In this document: positions 11,965 through 23,771 of the stretch, piece after piece | How positions within the stretch are numbered: position 1 is the stretch's first letter | How the letters are laid out: the number at the start of each line of letters is the position of its first letter | Assembly: GCF_001194135.2 (NCBI RefSeq) | Contig: NC_068995.1 | Location: 27,005,249 to 27,061,848 of the forward strand | DNA from: Octopus bimaculoides | Lineage: Eukaryota | Direction of reading: 5' to 3' | DNA length: 56,600 nt | Position numbers and translations under genes: made by a program | The notes under the pieces: model-generated | Databases searched by the model: none | The model's input: only the letters and a program-made list of their open reading frames with translations | Told to the model about the DNA's origin: nothing

Positions 11965-13819
11965 TACACACGGCTTCTGTAAGAAATCTCTGATCACAAC
12001 TTGTCTGATTATTCTAGAAGAGGTGAAACTCCAGTGTAACCAGTAACTGACTCATCCCACCTCCACTGTGTGTATAGCACATATTCACAGCTCAGCAGTG
12101 TATTTTTACACACATTTGTCCATAAGGAGGATTTCTTCTCTGAGACAATAACTGCAACAAAGATATTTCCAGGTTTGTGTGTATGTGAATATGTTAAATA
12201 TCACTGCACACTGGTATATTTTAATCATCATTATTTAATGTACCAGTATTTAATTAATTTCCATTTTACAAAACTTTGCACACACCAGTAAATTTATTAT
12301 TTGCTGTTAAAATGTAAGAAGATTCACTGTCCATAACTGATGAACTAAAGTTTGATGACATCATTCATAGTCTGATAATGTGATTTAGCACACACTATCT
12401 ATAAAGGGAATTTCTCTTTTAAGACAGTATTCACAGTGAAGGTCTTTCTATGTCTGAGTGTACATGAACATGTAAAGTATGATTTACACAATCACACCTT
12501 GGGCAACTGTCTTCTACTAGCCCATCTGGTAGATAGAAACTGGAAAATGCCTGTCGTGTGTGTGTTATACAAAAAGAATTTATGTTGTATGGTATTTGAT
12601 ATACTTGTATTTGTTTCTGTTGTTCATATACATGCCATTGGCCACTCTTAGTTCATTTTTTAAAAATTTAAGCCAATTACTTTGGCTATAAATGTGATTT
12701 ACTCTTTTTTGTTTCTGAAGACAAGGTAGGACAACTGTTGTGCTGATGTTGCCAACTGAGGCAAAGACACATATCCATGATTGTTCCATTGTCTCCAGAT
12801 AATAAGCCTGTCTTTATCCTCAATGGCATGTCAACTTTAGAGAATTCTAATTTGTTATTAACTGTACTATAATTAAGGAAAGATACATAATCATAATATA
12901 AATTTCACAGGAAAAATCTAATTGATACATTTAGAATATTTAATTAAAATATTCTTACTAATACTAATATAGATATTAGATGTTTTGAAAAAATCTGAGA
13001 TATAAACAATATAAAATAATACTCTTGTAGAAAGCCTAACTAGAACTTAGAACATATTAACAAATATGCCAATAGATTACCTATGGCTGTAAAAACATTA
13101 ATAACATTAGCATATTTCTAATATATGCCTTGATAATCATAAGCACATTATTTTAATAATGCACTGAAAAGTAAAAACTTTGAAGCCAATTATATTATGA
13201 ACATTAGCGCAATACACAAACAACTAAAAATAAGAAAAATTATATGGTTTAGTCTATCTTTCAGTTTATATGGCATGTCGAAGTTTGTAAGATTTGTATC
13301 AATTAAATTCAGAAACACTTCCCAGAAGATTATAGAAGAAAATCTTCAACAAAAATAATGTAAACGTGATTTACTAAATATTTTCCGTTTCTACATCCTG
13401 AAGGAATAGAAACAATCTCACAAATGTAAAAATTCAAAATAGCCTGCCACATTGTCATTGTCTTTATTCTCCACAATAATAGTAGGTGCCTTACTAAAGC
13501 ATTTGTAGTGTCAAAATTTCTTTTAGATGGTAAATATGTAAAGAACTCTATCTGTCTAACTGAAAACACATTTAAAAATAGACATACCCAACATATTTAT
13601 TCCTTTAGGCATCCAAAAAGATACAACACTACTTCAATGTCTGAAGTCTGAATGATAAAAATAATGAAGATTCCAAATAAACTGATCAGCTATGGAAACT
13701 GTCTTCATAGAAATGGCTTTGAAAAAAACATCTATTTATCCGAGTCATTCACCATCTCAATTCAAGCATTTAATGATGAATAAGGTTCTGTGTTCCGTCC
13801 CACTACACACACACACTCA

Positions 13820-13992
13820 TATCCCTTGACAACTGGTGTCTGTGTATTTATGCCCCCGTAACTTTGTGGTTTGGCAAAAGAGACCAACAGAATAAGTACT
13901 AGACTTTAAAAAAGTCCTGGGGTTTATTCGTTTGATTGAAACCCTCCAGCAAGGCCAGAGTCAAATGATTGAAACAAGTAAAAGAATAAAAG
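13820..13992 (+). mobile_element. SINE 3' fragment
   Basis: gtttggcaaaagagac...gaataagtac...tgattgaaacaagtaaaaga matches the tail of 6110-6445. Confidence 0.6.
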
Positions 13993-14056
13993 AAAATCTT
14001 TCTAGTATCTCTATGTCTACTATCATTTTTTTTTTACTCCTCAACAATAGACTTAC

Positions 14057-14105
14057 TTTGTTGCTAAATATTTGAGAGTTCTCCATATAATATAGTTATC
14101 TGTTT
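14057..14105 (-). CDS. candidate internal exon of host gene (TDNYIIWRTLKYLAT)
   Basis: Strong splice signals catttcttttAG| and |GTaagt; only one frame is open (phase 1 in, phase 2 out). No homology confirmed. Confidence 0.3.
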
Positions 14106-14394
14106 CTAAAAGAAATGTTAGCTGATAAAAAGAAAAACAAAACTTGATAAACTCCAAGACTGATCTTCAAATAAAAAAAGTATATCATAAATGTTTCTAA
14201 CATTTGTAAGTTATACAAATGCATACATACATATGAACACATACAGCAGAGTAGATCTAGCAGTCACTTGTGAGTGAGTATAGTTTGGTAACTTGTACTA
14301 CGATTTCACCAACCACCTTTCACCACTGACTGAAGCATTCAGGATGTGACTGCTGGAAAGGAGTAAGCTGCAGAAGCACCTAGCTGGTATTAAT

Positions 14395-14495
14395 TTGCAG
14401 CATAATAAACTGGAGCAACATGAAATGAGGTGTCCTGGACCAGGAATTAAATTCATTACTAAATGATTATGAGCAAAACACTCAACTCACAAGGC
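14395..14495 (-). mobile_element. old SINE head/core fragment
   Basis: aactggagcaacatgaaatgaggtgtcc...ggaattaaattc reads as the reverse complement of a tRNA-SINE B-box and core. Confidence 0.45.
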
Positions 14496-14765
14496 CATAT
14501 ATCCCTTCACACAAACATAAATAAGGGAGAGAGAGGGGAGGGAAAGAGAAAGAGGGAGAGAAACAAGCAAAGAGAGAGACAAGATGTCTGGTTTGTTCAG
14601 CAACAAAGAGTATCAAAATGTCTGTGAGACACTTAACATAAAGTGGTTACTAACAGGGAAAGCAGTTAGTTGAAGAGAAGTAACTACAAATAACAGCTGA
14701 TACAAATTCAAAAGCACTCATTAGGATTGTTGCAGACAAAATCTCTAGAGTTAATGGATTTAATA

Positions 14766-14813
<48 letters not shown>

Positions 14814-14826
14814 ACACACACACATA

Positions 14827-15706
14827 CAGGGTGTGGTGAATATATTGTCATCTAAATTATGCAAAAATAATAATAACACTGACATCTCATTTTAACAGAT
14901 ATATTTACCAAAATTACATTAAAATATCTTGAAATACTAAAGAGTAAATTTATTCAATAAAAATCGCCATTGGCTTCAATCATGGCCTCCAGACGACTTA
15001 GGAATCTTCTGCAACTCTTCTGGACAGTCTCCTAGTTTAAGTTGGTAATTGCTGCCATAATCCTTGCCTTCAGTTCATTTTTGGTGTTACAAGGAGTTTT
15101 GTTGGTCTCTCGCTCAACTGTTCCCCCACACATAATAATCAAGGGGGTTGCAGTCTGGGGAGTTAGGTGGCCAAATGTTAGGGGTGATGTGGTTGTAGAA
15201 ATTGTCTGACAGCCATGACTGAGTTCTCCTGCTTGTTTGGCATGGTGCAGAGTCCTGTTGCCAGACATAGGATCTTCCAGCAGCCATCCTCTTGACCCAG
15301 AGCAGCACTACCCCTTCCAGGCACTTAATGTAGGCCTCCGTGTTGAGTCTGAGGCTGTGTGGGAAGATGAATGGAGGCATAACATCATCATCACTAGTGA
15401 TCACGCCAAACACCATGATGTTGACTGAATGTTTGATTTTTATCACTCTCGTTACACACTCTGTCCTCAGATTGACACTCAAACACTCTGAAATGTTTAT
15501 ATTGGAGCTTCTGGCATGAATACCAAGCAGTACAGCATGTCGTTTCCAAATTTCTGGCAGAGTGAATTGCATCATGGTGCTGTTTTTCTCATGGACAGTG
15601 TCCAACTGACCCTACTATACTGTGTAGTCAACAAAATCAAAAACAAGTAACGTGCATGTGCAAAATTAAAAATATAAAATGATGACAATTTATACATCAC
15701 ACCTCA
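14827..15706 (-). mobile_element. maT-type (DD37D) IS630-Tc1-mariner transposon, internally deleted
   Basis: TIRs cagggtgtggtgaatatattgtcatc / gatgacaatttatacatcacacctca with TA flanks. QQDSAP...WPPNSPDCNPLDY has 37 residues between the catalytic Asps. Confidence 0.85.
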
Positions 15707-15755
15707 TATATATGTATATATATTTATATATATATACACACACACACATATATAT

Positions 15756-16247
15756 CAGGGGCGTATATTCCGGGTGTGCACTGCACACCCATTGAAAATG
15801 ACAAATTCATTATAAATATTAACCTTGCTCATGGCTTAGTGGTTGGGATATTCAGCTCACAATCGTAAGATCTTCATGTCCTTGAGCAAGACGCTTTATT
15901 TCACATTGCTCCAGTCCATTCAGCTGCCAAAAACGAGTAGTACCTGTATTTGAAAGGGTTAGCCTTGTCACACTGTGTTATGCTGAATCTCCCCGAGAAC
16001 TCTGTTAAGGGCACACGTGTCTGTGGAGTGCTCAACCACTTGGATGTTAACTTCACAAGCAGGCTGTTCTGTTGACTGAATCAGTTGGGACCCTTGTCAT
16101 CATAACCAACGGAGTGCTCCTAATACTATTAACCTTACTCATTAATTTAATCACAAATCTTAATGGAAAACTTTTGTTATACCTCTGCTTGAAATTTGGT
16201 GGCATTGGGTGTGCTGGCACACCCAATACGACAACCACTATATGCCA

Positions 16248-16250
<3 letters not shown>
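15756..16250. mobile_element. hAT-like MITE with nested SINE
   Basis: Ends caggggcgtata / tatatgccactg, subterminal gggtgtgc..gcacaccc palindromes at both ends, atatatat flanks. Confidence 0.6.
15833..16126 (+). mobile_element. tRNA-derived SINE with 16-bp TSD
   Basis: A-box tggcttagtgg, core gtccttgagcaagacgcttta; TSD tattaacctt(g/a)ctcat at 15817-15832 and 16127-16142. Same family at 56510-56600. Confidence 0.8.

Positions 16251-16320
<70 letters not shown>
16251..16320. repeat. (AT)n microsatellite (representative of many AT, TG and GAT tracts)
   Basis: About 35 uninterrupted AT units. Confidence 0.95.
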
Positions 16321-16323
<3 letters not shown>

Positions 16324-16429
16324 TATGTATATATACACATATATGTGACTAAGATAGTTAGGGTACCTAATAGGATTATTAACCTAAGACTAGTGTTGTT
16401 TGATGTAGCTGTCATTTATCTCTGCATAT

Positions 16430-18850
16430 GCATTCCCTCCACTTTGAGTGACCAGTACTTGTTTATAGAACTGTTGACATCCATTCACATCACATGACCA
16501 AACTAGCACAATCTTCTCTTTTGCACATTGCATCTAATTTCTCTTATGCCTAATTTTTCTCTCAAAACACTAGCACTCTGCCACTGATGTATACTTACAC
16601 TGCACATCCAGCAGAACATGCCTGCAGTTCATCTTTAGTGTTACAAGGAGTTTTGTTGGTTTCTTGCTCAACTGCGCCCCCACACATAATAATCAAAGGG
16701 GTTGCAGTCTGGGGAGTTAGGTGGCTAAATGTTAGGGGTGATGTGGTCGTAGAAATTGTCTGACAGTCATGACTGAGTTCTCCTGCTTGGTTGGCATGGT
16801 GCAGAGCCCCATTCCTCTTAAGCTTTCATTTATCCTCTGCCTTTGGGGCCCATATCTCACTACCATGTAGAATAGCTGTTCATATACAAGCCTCTGACAA
16901 CCTTCCTTTCATTCAAAGAGAGAAACCTCTGGTTGCCATCATAGGTAAAAGCTTCCAGAATTTTTTCCATCCTATTCTTATTCTAACTATTACACTTTCT
17001 ATACATCCTCTCCACTACTAATTTGGTCCCCGAGGTAGCAGCAATGATCCACTACCACTAAAGAGCCTTCGAGGCATTTGAGAAAACCAATTTTCTGAAT
17101 ATCTGTAGGTTTTATGACTCTTGTGCATCTTCCATATACAAACATTATTTTCTTTCATAACCTTTCTATTATTCCACTGCACCTCTTGTGTATCCATAGC
17201 TTGCACTGGATATACTGTATGGAATTCTTGTATACAGCTTTCCTATACATCAAGCATGGCCATTTACCTGAAGTGAGTACTGTCTGTTTTCTTACTAAAA
17301 TCTTAGTCTTTGCTAAGTTAATGTTAAAACTCTTAGATTTCCAGTTTTGTTTCCACATCTGAAATTTCTTTTCTTGTTCTGATATAGAATCTGCTATGAG
17401 AGCAAGATCATCAGCATATAGGGGCTGCTAGTTTTAACTTCCTCTGTTATGGCTTGGAAGACAATAATAAAAAGAAGGGGACTGAGGTCTGGGCCTTGAT
17501 GAATGCCTACCTATACACCAAATTCTTCACTGTACTCATGGTTAACTCTCACCTTACTAATAGTTTCTCTGTACATGACCTGTACAGCTTTCACAAGCCA
17601 CTCATCTACTCTTAGCCTCCTCAGAGCCCACCTACTGTATCACACAGTAGGATACTCAATCAAAGGCTTTCTCTTGATCAACAAATGCCAAGTATAACAG
17701 TTTGTTCTTAGCCAAATACTTCTCTTGCAGTTGCCTGACTATGAATATAACATCAGTAGTGCTTTTCCCTGGAACAAGCCAAACTGCATTTTGTCTAGCC
17801 TAATTCTTCTAATTAATTAATTGAGCTATAACTCTCTTGATACACTGTCTGGCAATCTGGAACACCATATGCTTTAGAACACTGGCAAAACTGTTACTTT
17901 CTGTTTCTCCTTTTGCAATGTACATCTGCCACCTAGCTTCTTTTCTAACTACATGATACAATTCTTTACTGTCAGTATTTTTCCAGTTTTTTCCAAGCCT
18001 GTCTCTTCATTCTAAAGACACAGCTTACTTTACTGTTCAATCATTACATCACCCTTGGTCTGGTTGGAATTTTGCAGCTGCAGATTGGTTCTGTCACTCT
18101 TAATTAGTTTTCTTGAAGGAACTTCCACTTCTCTTCAATGTTATATATCTCCTCCTTACTGTAAACTGCTTCAACTATTACTTCTCTAAATTTCTGACTG
18201 TTCACTGGATCTTTAAACTCCCATATTTTGTTTTTCTAGATTGGTTTCCATTACTTAAGTCTTCTAACTTCAAGTTGAAAGTAACTAACCACTTTATATG
18301 TCTCAATTTATGTATCACAGTATTGACCAGCTCATCAGATGCTGTTATACACCACTGGTCACAATGCATTTCCAATTCTGTCCTGATTGCACCATTCTTT
18401 TCCATCTTGACTTAAACTGCTTGACTAAATTGTCTTCCCATCATCATGGAGGCCTTTTCCAATATCTTGGATACTCCTTGGCAACTGCACAGAATCAACC
18501 TGTTGTGTGTAAACCTTGCAGCATGTTCAGCTAAGCAGAAATTGTGCTTTCAGTAATCTGTAATCATATTCTTCACTCTGTTCCCTTCTCAAATTATCTC
18601 ATTTCAAATGTGCTCTCTTAGTGATGTTCCTAGGATGAATTTTTCCAAGGCCCTTTGTGTTATAACCAAATGATAGTCTATTCTTTTCATAGCAGCCTAT
18701 GTTTCACTAGCATATAAGAGCACATTCCTTGAATTAAATGCCTTCCATCATGCCCATATTCTCTTTGAATTTTCAGCATCCATATCTCCGTGCATATTCA
18801 ATGAGTGTCCTTTCCCAACTCTAAATGTGCTGTATCTTCCGATTGCATGT
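16430..18850 (-). mobile_element. old RTE LINE remnant (EN and RT), heavily decayed
   Basis: INLAKTKILV followed by SGKWPC..CKLWIHKRCSG, an FADD-like region (tgctgatgatcttgct on minus), and endonuclease-like remnants up to about 18.85 kb. Confidence 0.7.
16627..16806 (-). mobile_element. 180-bp internal maT transposase fragment embedded in RTE
   Basis: About 94% identical by eye (11 differences) to ~15073-15252; no TIRs. Confidence 0.8.
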
Positions 18851-19049
18851 ATTTTGTTTATGTGTGGTTCATTTTAAGATCTACTGCTCAGCTCTGAATG
18901 ATGGGAAATTTTAAAGCAAAGGATGGAAAAGGATGACAGGGAGAGAAATATGTTGGTAAGTTTGGATCAGGAAAGAGAAACAAAAAGAGAAGAATGTATG
19001 GTTATTATGGCAGAAACAAGAATATTTTACATTAGGAACAGCTACATAG

Positions 19050-20510
19050 GAAGCAACCTGGAAGTGGATGGACATGGATAGCCTCTAAGTACCCAACAAA
19101 AAATTGAAATTGACTACATTGTGGTCAAATGGTACATATTACAGGACATTTCAGTAGTAGTTCTATTCAACACAGGCAGTGATCATCATTTGCTATTGGT
19201 AAAGATCATGATCAATGAAATCAGAGAGAAAAAAGCTCTGCATATCTCAACAAAATATCATGTCAAGACCTTTGATGGGAAACAGTTACAGGAAGCTATC
19301 AAGAAAAATTTGGTGTCAATTTGAAGACTAAATTTGCTGGTCTAGAAAATTAAAAGCTGCATATAGAAAGCAAAAGCTGCAAATCAGCAGGAGCCTAGAG
19401 GAAGAATCTCAGAGGAGAAGAAGAAAATTGTAGAGAAACAGAAAATGATGAAAAGGAACATGAAAGATAGCCTCAAGTATTCTGTTCTCTGCAAAGCAAT
19501 CACAACATTTATAAAATGACTTCAAGGATTTTAGACTGAAGAGATTGATGCCAGCTGTGAAAGAAAGGAAAAGTTTTAAAAAATGCAGGAGAGGGCTGAC
19601 ACTCTATAGCTCAGAAGTTACAATACTTAAGAACAAGGATAGGCTCATGGTGACAGACAAAAGAGAGATGGAGGAGGTATGCAAAACCTTCCATACCAAC
19701 TTTTTAAAACCATCTGTAAAGCTTGATTCCACACCACTACAAATGCCAGAAATGTCATCTATTCTGATCAATGAAATTGAAAATACCCTCAAACAGATGA
19801 AATAAACAAAGCTCCTGGAAAAGATGGCATCACGACAGAAAGTTAAGATGTAAAGGTGAAGAGCTGTGGAAAATCCTTGTTCTATGCCAAATCACTTTCT
19901 GAAGGAGGGTAAAATATCCTCACTGTGGAAAGAGTCAAATACCATCCTGCTCTATAAAGAGGATGATAAAAAAGATTTAAAAAACTATCACCCCATATGC
20001 TTCTTGTCTCACCTCAAAAAGCTGTTTGTCACCAGACTATCAAAACACCTTGACTACCAACAGTCAGGAGAGCAAGCAGATTTCCATAAGAACTATAGTA
20101 TGATAGATTATGTATTCACTCTAACACAGTTCAAAAAACGAGTGAACAAATACAAGCATCCTCAGTGTACTTGGAAAAAGCCTTCGATAGCATCAAGATG
20201 AATGCAGTGTTGAAATCTCTGGAAATGCAAGGTGATGAGAGGCAATACATCAAACTGCTCAGAGATATAAACCTTGGATACACAACAGATATAGCTCTGC
20301 TGTCATCACCAATAAAGATCCCAACTGAGAAGGGTAACAAGCAAAGAGATACCATCTCTCCAAAGCTCTTTACCACATGTCTAGAAATGGTCATCAAGGA
20401 CACTAACTGCACAAGTGGTATGAACATCAATGGTGAGCAACTAACACACCTCCAATTTGCAGATTACAGTGTACTCATCACTGAACTACAGACCAGCTGC
20501 AGACCATGCA
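19050..20510 (+). mobile_element. RTE-clade LINE of a different lineage (RTE-1-like), decayed
   Basis: WTW..EIDYI, TGSDHH, KAPGKDGIT, KDLKNYHPIC, YLEKAFDS, QRDTISPKLF, HLQFAD. Confidence 0.8.
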
Positions 20511-20525
20511 ATTACTGAATTAGTG

Positions 20526-20566
<41 letters not shown>

Positions 20567-20568
<2 letters not shown>

Positions 20569-20716
20569 TCATCATCATCATCGTTTAACGTCCGCTTTCC
20601 ATGCTAGCATGGGTTGGACGATTTGACTGAGGACTGGTGAAACCGGATGGCAACACCAGGCTCCAGTCTGATTTGGCAGAGTTTCTACAGCTGGATGCCC
20701 TTCCTAACGCCAACCA
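20567..20716 (-). mobile_element. 150-bp RTE 3' tail within (AT)n
   Basis: catcatcgtttaacgtccgctttccatgctagcatggg... with (AT)n on both sides. Confidence 0.85.
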
Positions 20717-21289
20717 TATATATATATTTATTATTAGTCCATAACTTTTCACCCCTTGCTGTGCTGTCATCTCCTACTCTCCCTTACCTCCCCCAATTCA
20801 CATGTATAATTTATCACTCATACCCCTTATCCACCGTTCACACCATCTACCATTGACTCTACCCAATTTCTAGAGGTGTCACCCACTCTTCCCCATCTTC
20901 CCTTTGACATATACATATCCTTCAGCACCTGTTTTTCATTCATTACATCCAGCCCCTCACCTTTTCACATTCTCTAACTCTCTATACACTCTTGCAACCT
21001 TTACACTACTCACATCCTGTCTCTTGCACAGGGATCCACCCTGATACCTCATCACCAGTAGTTTTAACTCTTCAGTTTGACCCCCACTTACTCCTACTCT
21101 CTCTTAAGTAATGCGATTAACCCTGTAGTGTCTCTACAACAAGAAATGAGTCGGGTTCTTTCATCCTTTAACCTCTTATCTCCTAGCATAAAGCTGCCTT
21201 CATCTCTACTGTAGTACCACTAGTCTCAAAAGTTGCATGGCAACCTCACATGTGCTGGAGCAACAAAAAACAAAACAATTGGTATACTC

Positions 21290-21450
21290 TGCAAAGTGGT
21301 TGGCATTAAGAAGGGCATCCAGCAACAGAAACGAAGCAAATCTTAAATCTCTGACATGCCAGATCCTGTCAAACTGTCTAACCCATGTCAGCATGAAATA
21401 TGGCTGTTAAAAATGATGATGACAATAATGATGACAATGATGATGAATAT
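21290..21450 (+). mobile_element. old RTE/SINE 3' tail
   Basis: gtggttggcattaagaagggcatccagc...aacccatgtcagcatg...gatgatg. Confidence 0.55.
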
Positions 21451-22036
21451 ATTTACATATATGTGTACATGTGTTATATACATGCATATCTTATACATCT
21501 AGATATAGAATTAATGTATAAACGTCATAAAATATATATACAGCAATTAAAAGCTCAATAACAAATCATTAAACAACAATATGTCATTACAATGCAGTCA
21601 ATTCTGGTGGAAGGAACTTGCATGAAAAAACAAAATTGGCTAAAATGATTAATGAAAATATTATATCTCTTAATAATAAGCATAGTGTTTTTATATATTT
21701 GTCCAAAATCACGCAGTAGGAGGGAGTAGGAGAAAGAGTAGTATAAGTGAAGCGAAAGGAGTGAAAATAGTAATTCAGTGAAGAAGAAGTAGCGAGAGTA
21801 ATAGCCATGACTGAGAAGGAGTGAGAGAAAGTAATAGCAATGAGTGAGAGGAATTGACAAAGAGAGCATCATGTATCTTCTACTATAATAATACTCTTGT
21901 GTTTTTCCCCGTCACAACATATGAATGAGAAAGGAAGGGATCATAGATGAATAAGGAAGGAAGGGGTGAAATAAAATCAAACAGTGTTTCAACTCTGTGT
22001 GAGTATATGTGTGCATGTAAAAGGGAGGTACGTGAA

Positions 22037-22069
<33 letters not shown>

Positions 22070-22886
22070 AATGGAAGTGAGATGGTGAACATTCAATGCT
22101 GAAAAAAAAAAAAATCAAACAGTGTTTCAACTCTGTGTGTGTATATGTGTGTGCGTGTACAAGGGAAGTATGTGAAAGTTTGTATGTGTGAACCAGCATT
22201 GAAAATCTGTCCATTTGGTTCTTGAACATCCGTAGCAGGTAAACCTTGGGTGATGACATCAGAAATCAAGGGGGAGATAAATGATATTCGCTTCATTAAT
22301 TTTATGTCAAGATAAAAACTTGGGTATAAATTGGCCAACAGTTGGAATTGAAATTGGGACTGGAGCAATAGAATGATTACATTACAGAGTTAATTCTCAT
22401 CCATCCTTAACCACTCATCAAACACCACTGGGGCATATAATCATTATAGACATATTATTGTCATGCTATTCAGCTCTCTATAGTTTTGGACCGCAGGCCT
22501 AATTAGCTCTTCACAGGAGCTAGCTTAAGAGTCCACATAGAGTGCGGCTTTTAAGCTAGTTTAAAATAAAAACCAGAAAAGCCTAAATTCCACACTTAGT
22601 TCATAATATAATTGTCATAATATGATTGTATTCAACAGCTGTGTCAATGGCATTAAATAATTTATAATTTATAATTATTTATATAATTATGTAATTAAAA
22701 TACACAATTATTAATTTAAGTGATGTATTATCAGGAGAGAAAATGGTGATTAGGAATTCATTAATAATTTAATACATAGGAGAAATAAAATTTGAAGACA
22801 AAAAAATATACATAAATATATATTCTCACAAACATGCATATAAATTGAGATATCCATACACCTAATAGAGTATATTTATATGTGTA

Positions 22887-23103
22887 TATTTCTTTATTGC
22901 TCACAGGGAACTAAACATAGAGGAGACAAACAAGGACAGACAAAGGGATTAAGTCGATTACATAGACCCAGTGCATAACTGGTACTTGTTTAATTGACCC
23001 CCAAAAGGATGGCAAAGTCAACCTCAGCGGAATTTGAACTCAGAACGTAAAGACAGACGAAATACCAAAAAGCATTTTGCCCGGCATGCTAACATTTCTG
23101 CCA
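22887..23103 (-). mobile_element. tRNA-derived SINE (common Octopus-type)
   Basis: Reverse complement of the family seen on + at 50370-50525 (caaattccgccgaagtcgactttgcctttcatcctttcgg). Confidence 0.75.
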
Positions 23104-23771
23104 TAGTATTTTCTGTGTCTCAGTTACTAAATTATTAATAGTTCTCAATAACATCATAAAAACAATTAGCCAACTTATTAAGCTATCAAAATTTGAAAAG
23201 AGGAAATTTTTCATTTCAAAGTAACTTATTACAAAATATAAACAGGAATGTNNNNNNNNNNNNNNNNNNNNNNNNNNNNNNNNNNNNNNNNNNNNNNNNN
23301 NNNNNNNNNNNNNNNNNNNNNNNNNNNNNNNNNNNNNNNNNNNNNNNNNNNNNNNNNNNNNNNNNNNNNNNNNNNNNNNNNNNNNNNNNNNNNNNNNNNN
23401 NNNNNNNNNNNNNNNNNNNNNNNNNNNNNNNNNNNNNNNNNNNNNNNNNNNNNNNNNNNNNNNNNNNNNNNNNNNNNNNNNNNNNNNNNNNNNNNNNNNN
23501 NNNNNNNNNNNNNNNNNNNNNNNNNNNNNNNNNNNNNNNNNNNNNNNNNNNNNNNNNNNNNNNNNNNNNNNNNNNNNNNNNNNNNNNNNNNNNNNNNNNN
23601 NNNNNNNNNNNNNNNNNNNNNNNNNNNNNNNNNNNNNNNNNNNNNNNNNNNNNNNNNNNNNNNNNNNNNNNNNNNNNNNNNNNNNNNNNNNNNNNNNNNN
23701 NNNNNNNNNNNNNNNNNNNNNNNNNNNNNNNNNNNNNNNNNNNNNNNNNNNNNNNNNNNNNNNNNNNNNNN

